Source: Candidatus Heimdallarchaeota archaeon (GTDB lineage Archaea; Asgardarchaeota; Heimdallarchaeia; JABLTI01). From it: a stretch of DNA of 64,000 nt. Where the stretch lies: contig DXJV01000073.1 of assembly GCA_019056785.1 (NCBI GenBank), positions 39,957-103,956 of the forward strand, written 5' to 3'. Shown here one piece after another: positions 1 to 8,083 of this stretch. Each line of letters begins with the position of its first letter. Position 1 is the stretch's first letter. A program made the translations under genes and the position numbers. The notes under the pieces are model-generated. The model was not told the origin of the DNA, made no database searches, and saw nothing but the letters and a program-made list of their open reading frames with translations.

Positions 1-1507
1 AACAACATTACAAGAAAATCTCATCCGTAGTCACAGTGTTGGTGTTGGTGAACCTGCGCCAGATGAGTACGTCAAAGCAATGATGGTTCTCCGTGTGGCA
101 GCACTTGCCCAGGGCAACTCCGGCTGCCAGTTGCAAACACTCGAAAATCTAATTCAAATGATAAATAAAAACGCACTTCCTATCATTCCTTCAAAAGGGT
201 CTGTAGGGGCAAGTGGGGACTTGGCGCCACTCTCGCACATGGCCTTGGCAATGATTGGGGAAGGAGAAAACAATCTGAAATTTCAAGGAAAAATTTATGA
301 TGCTAAGGAGGGGTTGAAAGCTGCGGGGATACCGATTACTCGGTTATCTTACAAGGAAGGGTTGGCTTTAAATAACGGCGCGCAATTTTCAGCCGGCATT
401 GCTTGTATGGTTTTACACCAGGCACAGAATTTACTGGAAAATGCGGTCATTGCGGCGAGCTTATCAATGGAAGCATTGAAGGCAGTTGCGCAGCAATTTG
501 ATGAGCGAGTGCATAACGCAAGAAACCACCCAGGACAAATCGAAATTGCTCGGCTATTACGAGTGTTAACCAAGGGAAGTATCTTTGTGAAGAAACATGA
601 TGAATTTTATACTTGTAAAACGCCAAATTGTGGTTATTATTATGAGGCGGCTATAGGGGATCCAAGTCATAACATTCCTAAAGATACTCCATTCACATCC
701 CTCCCAGAAACATGGGGTTGCCCCAATTGCCAAGGGCCAAAACAGAATTTCGAGAAACAGTGGCCAAAAGTACAGGATGATTATTCTTTAAGATGTACAC
801 CACAAGTATTGGGACCAATAAAAGAGACTCTGGACTTTTGTAGAAAGATCGTTTCCCGTGAAATTAATGCTGCAACAGATAACCCCTTAATTTTCATTAC
901 GAAGAACGACCCGCTGGAATGTGACATTATTTCTGGTGGGAACTTCCATGGAGAACCCATCGCCCTTGCAATGGATTATCTGGCAATTGCGATGGCAGAA
1001 GTGGGTAATATCTCCGAACGAAGAAGTGCAACTTTAATAGACGAGAAGCGAAATCAAGGGTTGGGCTTATTTTTGATACCAGAAAGTGAGCTGGGATTAA
1101 GTAGTGGCTATATGATGCCACAATACACCGCTGCAGCGCTGGTCTCTGAAAATAAAACCCTTGCAACACCCGCTTCGGTGGATTCCATACCAACATCAGA
1201 TGAGGCCGAAGACCATGTGAGCATGAGCCCCATAGCAGCTCGGAAAGCCGCAAAAATCCTGGAAAATTTGGAGTATATTTTAGCAATTGAAATGCTCCTC
1301 GCGGCGCAGGCGATCAGCTTGCGATGTGCTATTCAGAAGGTGCAACCCGAAAAGGCCTTGGGGGCAAAAACGAGAGAAGTCTATAAACAAATTCGTAAGA
1401 AAGTCCCGCAGTTAACAAAAGATAGAATCCTGTATCCGGAAATCAATTTGCTGGCAAAGATGATTCATGACGGGGCATTAGTGGAAGAACCACTCTTTCG
1501 AAATTAG
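1..1507 (+). CDS. hutH: Histidine ammonia-lyase (5'-truncated by window edge) with inserted rubredoxin-like domain
   Basis: Frame is open from base 2 (LQENLIRSHSVGVG). MIO motif GSVGASGDLAPL, KEGLALNNG, VQDDYSLRC, GGNFHGEP, EDHVSM. Insert CKTPNCGYYY...LPETWGCPNC at ~605-757. Confidence 0.92.
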   Translation, partial: TTLQENLIRSHSVGVGEPAPDEYVKAMMVLRVAALAQGNSGCQLQTLENLIQMINKNALPIIPSKGSVGASGDLAPLSHMALAMIGEGENNLKFQGKIYDAKEGLKAAGIPITRLSYKEGLALNNGAQFSAGIACMVLHQAQNLLENAVIAASLSMEALKAVAQQFDERVHNARNHPGQIEIARLLRVLTKGSIFVKKHDEFYTCKTPNCGYYYEAAIGDPSHNIPKDTPFTSLPETWGCPNCQGPKQNFEKQWPKVQDDYSLRCTPQVLGPIKETLDFCRKIVSREINAATDNPLIFITKNDPLECDIISGGNFHGEPIALAMDYLAIAMAEVGNISERRSATLIDEKRNQGLGLFLIPESELGLSSGYMMPQYTAAALVSENKTLATPASVDSIPTSDEAEDHVSMSPIAARKAAKILENLEYILAIEMLLAAQAISLRCAIQKVQPEKALGAKTREVYKQIRKKVPQLTKDRILYPEINLLAKMIHDGALVEEPLFRN

Positions 1508-1623
1508 CCCCCGTCCTTTTCTCTAAAAAACAAGGATGAAGAATAGAGTGCATAAAAACACAAAAAAGATAGCTTCAAAAAATTTTATTAACTGGCTGTC
1601 AATTGCTTGATGTGCGCTTTACA

Positions 1624-1736
1624 GCCGGGATGGTCTAGTGGTAGAATTCGGGACTGTGGAATTCGCGTGAGCGTTTCTTCCTGCTCCCGAAAGCAGATAT
1701 CCTGAGGTCAGGGTTCGATTCCCTGTCCCGGCACCA
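1624..1736 (+). tRNA. tRNA-His(GTG) with 39-nt intron at canonical 37/38 position (1660-1698), encoded CCA
   Basis: Acceptor stem GCCGGGA/TCCCGGC, anticodon GTG at 1656-1658, T-loop TTCGATT. BHB motif with central helix CTGT/GCAG and bulges GGA and ATA. Confidence 0.93.
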
Positions 1737-1944
1737 CCTCTCATTTTTGTTGTTTGATAATAGTCAAAGGGAAACGTTCAGCCTTTTCTACTTTGCATGT
1801 GATATATAACAATCAATTCGAAAAAGCACTTTTTGTAGGAGAATGAGAGACCCTTGCCCGCAATTTTCCCCATCAAAACAATACTTTGGATAAAAGATTT
1901 AAAGCGTGAAAAGTGACCTAAAGAAACTCTAAAGAGGCTTTAGT

Positions 1945-3468
1945 ATGACTTATACAATTACTGGTTCTGGAATGACGATTGATGACGTCGTCAGAGTAGC
2001 GCGACATGGCGAGAAAGTGGAATTACACAAAGATGCTATTGAACGCATGAAGAAATGCCGTGCAATGCTTGAGAAAAAGATCGATGCACATGAAATTATG
2101 TATGGAGTAAACACCGGTATAGGTGAATTCTCAGAAGTGGTGCTCACAGATGAGCAGGTCAAACAATTCCAAAAATACCTCATCTACAATCATGCTGCAG
2201 GGATCGGTAAACCAGCACCTATCGAACATGTTCGAGGCGCGATTTTGGGACGACTTAATGTCCTCGCCCACGGAAACTCGGGCAATCGTCCTGTGATTGC
2301 TGAAACATTTGTCGAAATGCTCAATAAAGGCGTTACCCCAGAAGTCTGTCGTAAAGGTTCTGTCGGCGCCTGTGGCGACCTTGCCCCAATGTCACAAATC
2401 GCCTTGTTGTTAATGGGCGAAGGACGAGCTTTCTATGAAGGAGAGCTTCTCGAAGGCGCAGAAGCGATGGACCGCGCAGGTATCAAAATACCCGGGCTAA
2501 AGGCTAGAGATGGTCTAGCAGCAATCAATGGTTCAAACTTTTTAACAGCAATGAGCGCTCTGTGGCTCTATGATGCAAAGCGTTTTCTCAAACAAGCAGA
2601 AATCGCCGCAGCAATGTCCTTAGAAGCACTCCTTGCAAACATGAAACCCTATACTCCACTCTTACATGAGGCCCGCGGGTTTCCTGGAGCCATACGCACA
2701 GCAAAAACCATCCATAAATTGGTGAAAGGCGGCGACTTGTTTGAAGGGCGTCTAAAAGTGAAAGTACAGGACGCATATTCCATGCGGTCCACACCACAAG
2801 TCATCGGTGCAGCGCATGATGCTTTAGCATGGGCACAAAAACAGGTGGAAATCGAATTGAACGGTGTCGGTGATAACCCTGTTTTCTTCCCTGATAAAAA
2901 CCTTCAGCTCTCCGGCGCCAACTTTCAAGGCTCACCTGTTTCTTTGCCGATGGATATGGCAGGCGCAGCAATAACAATGGTCTGTGTGATGTCAGAACGA
3001 CGAATGAATAGATTAAACCACCCTGCCTTAAGCGTCGGATTACCACCATTCCTCACAAAAGGCGCAGGTATGATGTCTGGTTTGATGCTAAGCCAATACA
3101 CAGCAGATATGCAAATCGTGGAAATGCGCATCCTATCCATGCCGGCAAGTATCCAGTCAATACCTGCCGCAGCTGACCAAGAAGATTTTGTCAGTATGGG
3201 AATGAACACGGCATTAAAGAATGATCAGATTCTGGATAATGCTTATGGTGTGTTGGGCATCGAGTTTATGGCTGCTGCACAAGCACTTGACTTTAGAGAA
3301 CACAAGCCAGGAAAAGGAGTTGCAAAAGCAAAAGAAGTTATCAGAAAACATGTCAAGTTCTTAGACGAGGACCGACCATTATTCGACGACCATAATCGAA
3401 TGAAAGAATTAGTGAAATCGTGCGAAATCCTTGAAGAAGTAGAAAAAGAAATCGGAAGTCTAGGGTAA
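1945..3468 (+). CDS. MIO-family aromatic amino acid ammonia-lyase/aminomutase (HAL/PAL/TAL family), substrate uncertain
   Basis: YGVNTGIG, GSVGACGDLAP (Ala-Cys-Gly), VQDAYSMRS, GANFQG, QEDFVSMG. Confidence 0.88.
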   Translation: MTYTITGSGMTIDDVVRVARHGEKVELHKDAIERMKKCRAMLEKKIDAHEIMYGVNTGIGEFSEVVLTDEQVKQFQKYLIYNHAAGIGKPAPIEHVRGAILGRLNVLAHGNSGNRPVIAETFVEMLNKGVTPEVCRKGSVGACGDLAPMSQIALLLMGEGRAFYEGELLEGAEAMDRAGIKIPGLKARDGLAAINGSNFLTAMSALWLYDAKRFLKQAEIAAAMSLEALLANMKPYTPLLHEARGFPGAIRTAKTIHKLVKGGDLFEGRLKVKVQDAYSMRSTPQVIGAAHDALAWAQKQVEIELNGVGDNPVFFPDKNLQLSGANFQGSPVSLPMDMAGAAITMVCVMSERRMNRLNHPALSVGLPPFLTKGAGMMSGLMLSQYTADMQIVEMRILSMPASIQSIPAAADQEDFVSMGMNTALKNDQILDNAYGVLGIEFMAAAQALDFREHKPGKGVAKAKEVIRKHVKFLDEDRPLFDDHNRMKELVKSCEILEEVEKEIGSLG

Positions 3469-3948
3469 AAAAACACACTGCTTCCCCCCATTAATCTTTT
3501 TGCTTCTTTCCATTTCTTTTTTTATCTTTTTTCCATCGAAAAGTTTGCCTGAACAATCTTGAAGAGAAAGGCAATTTAAATGCCAAAAATTTAGGAGATG
3601 GCTTCTTTTAAATAGTAGAAACGAAATAGTCTATTGACTGTGCGAGAAGAACAAACAGAGACCTAAAACCCTTTTTCCCTTTCCTTGTCTGAGCGGGAAC
3701 TTCTCAATCGGCCCTTACCTTACCGCCCCGCTCAGCCCCTCCTTTTCTAGCTCCTCAAAAGAGAACGGCAATCGAACTAAGAGAAATAGTTAAATAACGA
3801 TGAAAGTTGACAGTCCCGTGGTGAACTTTTAATGTGGGATAATTTTCACTCAGAAAATCTATAAATTGTTAAGGCTATTTTATACAAGATTTGCTCCCAC
3901 GATAGCTCCATGTCAAAGTTCGTTTAAAATGATTTTTGAGGGAAAGTA

Positions 3949-5451
3949 ATGGCTGAAAAAGAACAGCAAAAAACTATAACCATTGGTCGTCCCGCAGGCT
4001 TTCGGGACTTTTATCCGGAAAAATACGCAAAAGTCCAATTTATTCTCGAAACAATGAGGCGCATTTCCAAAGAGTTTGGGTATGTGGAATACGTCACTCC
4101 TTCTGTTGAGCTCCAAGCACTTTATGAATTGAAATCTGGTGAAGGGCTTGTCGGAGAAACTTTCAAAGTACAGAGCCGGAGTAAACAAAAACTGGTGCTC
4201 ATCCCAGAACTAACCCCCAGTCTCACTCGATTGTTGGCGGAAAGGCAACAAAACTATACAAAACCAATACGTTGGTTCTCCATACCAAAATGCTTTCGTG
4301 ATGAGACCCTGCAACGAGGGCGTGTGAAAGAGTTCTGGCAATATAATATTGACTTACTGGGAGTCGAAGACATTTATGCGGATGCTGAAATAATCACTAT
4401 CCTAATCAGAATTATTACAGCTTGTGGATTGACAAAGGATCAGTTTGTTGTGCGCGTTAATGACCGGCAGTTTATGCAAGAAGCATTGGAATTGCTAGGG
4501 GTGAAGAATTTCCTTGAGACAATCCGTGTCTTTGACCGAAAAGGAAAGTTATTCCAAGAGCAACTCGAGAAAGAACTACGAAAAGAGTTCTCAAAAGAAG
4601 AAGCAGCAAAAGTTGCTTTGAAAATCCGGCAAGTAAAACTAAATAAGAAATATTCACTCGAGGAGCTTCCTAGCTCACCACTCGTACAAAAACTGTTGGA
4701 AACAGCAAAGCAACTAGAACGAACAGCATTTCTCACTGCACTGCAAACTCTTGGCGTAACAGAAGCACAAGCGGAAACGCTTTATGCTCTTTCAGAAATA
4801 CGCGACACCCCCACAAAATTCATCGCGCGAGTGGAAAAACTCATGCCTAACAAGGATGTGAAAGCCCTTCTGGAACCTTTAGCAACCCTTGCAAAATTGC
4901 TTGGTGATTTTGGCGTGCTTGACTTTGTTGAATATGATGGAAGCTTGGCACGAGGGCTGGATTATTACACTGGTATTATCTTCGAAGCATGGAGCAAAGA
5001 TAGCATCCTGCCAAGAGCCATAGCCGGTGGGGGGCGCTATGCAGACCTCGTAGCAACGCTAGGGGGGCAGCCTCTTCCAGGGACAGGTTTTGGTTTTGGT
5101 GAAACGGTTCTTTTGGAGCTACTGGAGGAATTTAACATTCCCACCCCAAAACCAACAACAGCGGATGTATACATTGCTCCAATAAAATTAGCAGATGTAA
5201 AGCCAGCAATAAGCTTGTCAAACAAGCTGCGGGGGAAGGGAATAAAAACCATCCTGAATCCGTTCAATTGGCGCATTAAACGCCATTTCGAAAATGCTGA
5301 AAGTCATGGAATAGAATGGATGATAATTGTTGGTGAAAAAGACCTGGCACAGCAGTCTGTAACACTCCGAAATATCGTCACAGGCAAACAGGAAATCATC
5401 CCACTCACAAGCATTGTGAAAACAGTGGCAAAGTGTCTTAAAAATAATTGA
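3949..5451 (+). CDS. hisS: Histidine--tRNA ligase
   Basis: GFRDFYP, PELTPSL, motif 2 FRDETLQRGRVKEF, ARGLDYYTG, GGGRY, C-terminal anticodon-binding domain. Confidence 0.96.
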   Translation: MAEKEQQKTITIGRPAGFRDFYPEKYAKVQFILETMRRISKEFGYVEYVTPSVELQALYELKSGEGLVGETFKVQSRSKQKLVLIPELTPSLTRLLAERQQNYTKPIRWFSIPKCFRDETLQRGRVKEFWQYNIDLLGVEDIYADAEIITILIRIITACGLTKDQFVVRVNDRQFMQEALELLGVKNFLETIRVFDRKGKLFQEQLEKELRKEFSKEEAAKVALKIRQVKLNKKYSLEELPSSPLVQKLLETAKQLERTAFLTALQTLGVTEAQAETLYALSEIRDTPTKFIARVEKLMPNKDVKALLEPLATLAKLLGDFGVLDFVEYDGSLARGLDYYTGIIFEAWSKDSILPRAIAGGGRYADLVATLGGQPLPGTGFGFGETVLLELLEEFNIPTPKPTTADVYIAPIKLADVKPAISLSNKLRGKGIKTILNPFNWRIKRHFENAESHGIEWMIIVGEKDLAQQSVTLRNIVTGKQEIIPLTSIVKTVAKCLKNN

Positions 5452-5477
5452 TACTAGAGAAGGCATGGTGAAACCCA

Positions 5478-6164
5478 GTGGATGCGACACTTCTTCTCGC
5501 GCTGTTAAAACAAACAAAGGATCAGCCCTTTATTTTCCCTCAAGAACTCGAACATGTGGCAAGAAACAGCTCGAAAGTTAAAACATTTCTTAAAGAGCTT
5601 GCTGTCCAAGGTTTTTCTTTTATACCAACTATCGATGGGAATTTCCGTATTGAGCACGAAGAAAGGGCGCGATTGGTACTTCTCGGCGCAAAAAATGGGC
5701 TTGATTTTGACCTCCTGGTCAAACATCTAACCTGGCAAGAGTTCGAACTTTTAGTCACCATTTTTGGCGATGAAGCCGGCTATAGCGCCACTACCGGATT
5801 GAATTTTTCCACGGGAGAGCGAAAGTACCAAATTGATGTTGTCTTGAAAAATAACCCCTATGTCTTTTTAATTGATTGTAAACACTTTGGGGGGACAGGA
5901 AAGAAAGCACAATTGCGAGCTGCAGCCGAAGCTCAGCGGGCTCGTTGCATGGCAGTTCGGCAGCATTTTCTTACTCTTAAAACAAAACTTGCCATTGGCT
6001 CCTGGCAGAAGGTGGTGCTCCTCCCTATGCTTGTCACCTGGTTAGATGATGAAATCCGCTTTTATGAACATGTCCCCATTGTCCCTATAGCAAAACTGCG
6101 TTCTTTTTTCATGAACTTTTACGAGTTTTATGAGGACCTCTTTTGGCTCGAAATAAGGTCGTGA
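5478..6164 (+). CDS. PD-(D/E)XK nuclease-fold protein (Mrr/NERD-like)
   Basis: LTWQEFE...QIDVV...IDCKH motif pattern. Confidence 0.7.
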   Translation: MDATLLLALLKQTKDQPFIFPQELEHVARNSSKVKTFLKELAVQGFSFIPTIDGNFRIEHEERARLVLLGAKNGLDFDLLVKHLTWQEFELLVTIFGDEAGYSATTGLNFSTGERKYQIDVVLKNNPYVFLIDCKHFGGTGKKAQLRAAAEAQRARCMAVRQHFLTLKTKLAIGSWQKVVLLPMLVTWLDDEIRFYEHVPIVPIAKLRSFFMNFYEFYEDLFWLEIRS

Positions 6165-6419
6165 GAATGTTCTCTTTGCTCCAAAACAAACCTTTTTCTT
6201 CTAAAAAAGGATTTTTTAATGAAAAAAACGTGTCACTACCTATCTAGTAGCTTTATTAATAAGTGATTCTTTATCTTATATACCGAACTAAACTATTAAT
6301 AAAGAGCTTTACAATAGATTGGTACAATAACAAGTACCGGGAAAAGTAACTGGCTCATGCTACGAGAAAAAAAGACATGTGAGTTAGTACTTCCACACGC
6401 ACAGCAATGAGGTTGAAAA

Positions 6420-8051
6420 ATGGCTGAAATGCAACCACCAAATATTGACGAGATTAAAAGGCAGTCAATTGTTCGTTTTCTTGCAGAAATGCAGGACTTG
6501 AAAGCGAAAGTCGAGTTAGAATTTGCATCGCGATTTGACGAGCAAAAGAATAACTTCTTGGCTGTTTCAAAATCGAGTTATACGCCCCAGGAGATTGGAG
6601 ATATTTTTGATCGGATCAAAAATCTCGAGTTAGAGTTAATGAAACAAATCCTCACAGACACATCTGGAAATGGGAGTAAGATTCTGGGGAATACCCTTAG
6701 TAGCGCTTTAACCGGGAATTTGACTTTTAGTGGCGAAGCAACCGCACGCATTGCCGAACTCGAACAAGAAAACAACCGCTTAAAAGCCCAGCTTATTGAA
6801 AAAGAAAAGGAGTTTGATGCGGAGAAAGCGCGCATTGCAGAGAAAGGAGAAGGACAGATCGAAGAATTGAACCGACTCCAGGAATTAGTTGATGAGCAGA
6901 AACGGACAATTGAAATGTACGAAAAGCAAGTAATGGAACATGGTGAGGCTTTAGCCCAACAACGAATTGAAATCGAAGAACTCCAAGGACAGATCGGTGA
7001 GTTGTCTCAGGAAAAGGAGCAGGTGGAAACCCTTCTAAAAGAAAAGGAAGAAACCCTCCAGGAACAGGAAAAAGAAATTACCGCACTCAAAGAGCAACTG
7101 ACTGCAATGGAAAAACGTCTCTCCGAGGTTAGTGCCGTTAGTACTGAAAAACACGACGCTGAAATCGCTCGCTTAGAAGAAACATTAAAAATTGAACGCG
7201 CCCGTGCAGATGACCTTGCCGTGAAACTGAAAGAAGCAACCTCCGCTGTTGAGAATTACAAGAAAGCTTTGAGCCAGAAAGACGTGGAAATTGACAAATT
7301 GAGGAAAACCATCACAGAGACAAAAGCAGAAATCGCCTCTGCAGAGACAGAAAAAGAAGCGAAGATTCGGGAACTCTTAGATGAGAAGAAAGCCAAAGAG
7401 CATGAACTTAACGATATTAAGAACTCTCTCGAACGGGCTGAACACAAAATTGACGCCTTAACTGGGGAATTAACTGAGAAACAACAGCTCATTGATGAAC
7501 AAGCAAATGAGATTTCCAAACTCAAAAAACAACTTGCTGAGGTGGAGGACAGTTTGTCCTCGGAGAAGGCTTCCCAAGAGTCGCGCTTACAGGACTTATT
7601 GCGCGAGAAAACTAAATCAGAAGAAGAAATCAATGATTTGAACAAAAAGATTAGAGATCTACAAACGACGCTTGAAGAGAAAGAAAAGACTCTTACAGAA
7701 GTCACCAAAATGCAAGATGTCATTGAGAAGGATCGTGATGCTCTCCAAGAAGAACGCGATAAAACCCTAGTTCAACTCGAGAACCTTCGGAAAGAAGTTG
7801 AAGAGCTGAAAGCCCAGGCCGAGCAAAAAGATACTTTAGTGAAAAATCTCACAAAATCCTTGCAAAGTATCCCTAAGTTCCGGCTCTTTTTAGCCATTCA
7901 AGACATTGGTGGCGATATTTCTATCAATGACCTGGCGAAAATTGTCGGGCAGTCGCCAGATATAGTCGAGCATATTGTGAATGACTTGAAGAAAGATGGG
8001 CTTGTAAAAGTCAATAAGAAGGAAAACAAATTATTTGTCTCGAAAGTATAG
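6420..8051 (+). CDS. Long coiled-coil protein with C-terminal winged helix
   Basis: About 400 aa of E/K/L heptads, then ISINDLAKIVGQSPDIVEHIVNDLKKDGLVKV (wHTH pattern). Confidence 0.75.
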   Translation: MAEMQPPNIDEIKRQSIVRFLAEMQDLKAKVELEFASRFDEQKNNFLAVSKSSYTPQEIGDIFDRIKNLELELMKQILTDTSGNGSKILGNTLSSALTGNLTFSGEATARIAELEQENNRLKAQLIEKEKEFDAEKARIAEKGEGQIEELNRLQELVDEQKRTIEMYEKQVMEHGEALAQQRIEIEELQGQIGELSQEKEQVETLLKEKEETLQEQEKEITALKEQLTAMEKRLSEVSAVSTEKHDAEIARLEETLKIERARADDLAVKLKEATSAVENYKKALSQKDVEIDKLRKTITETKAEIASAETEKEAKIRELLDEKKAKEHELNDIKNSLERAEHKIDALTGELTEKQQLIDEQANEISKLKKQLAEVEDSLSSEKASQESRLQDLLREKTKSEEEINDLNKKIRDLQTTLEEKEKTLTEVTKMQDVIEKDRDALQEERDKTLVQLENLRKEVEELKAQAEQKDTLVKNLTKSLQSIPKFRLFLAIQDIGGDISINDLAKIVGQSPDIVEHIVNDLKKDGLVKVNKKENKLFVSKV

Positions 8052-8083
8052 CTTAATGCAAGTCCTTTCCTCGGAAGAAAAAA

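Noticed and set aside
6420-8051. SMC/Rad50 annotation for the coiled-coil protein
   Set aside because: No Walker A/B, signature motif, hinge or zinc hook.
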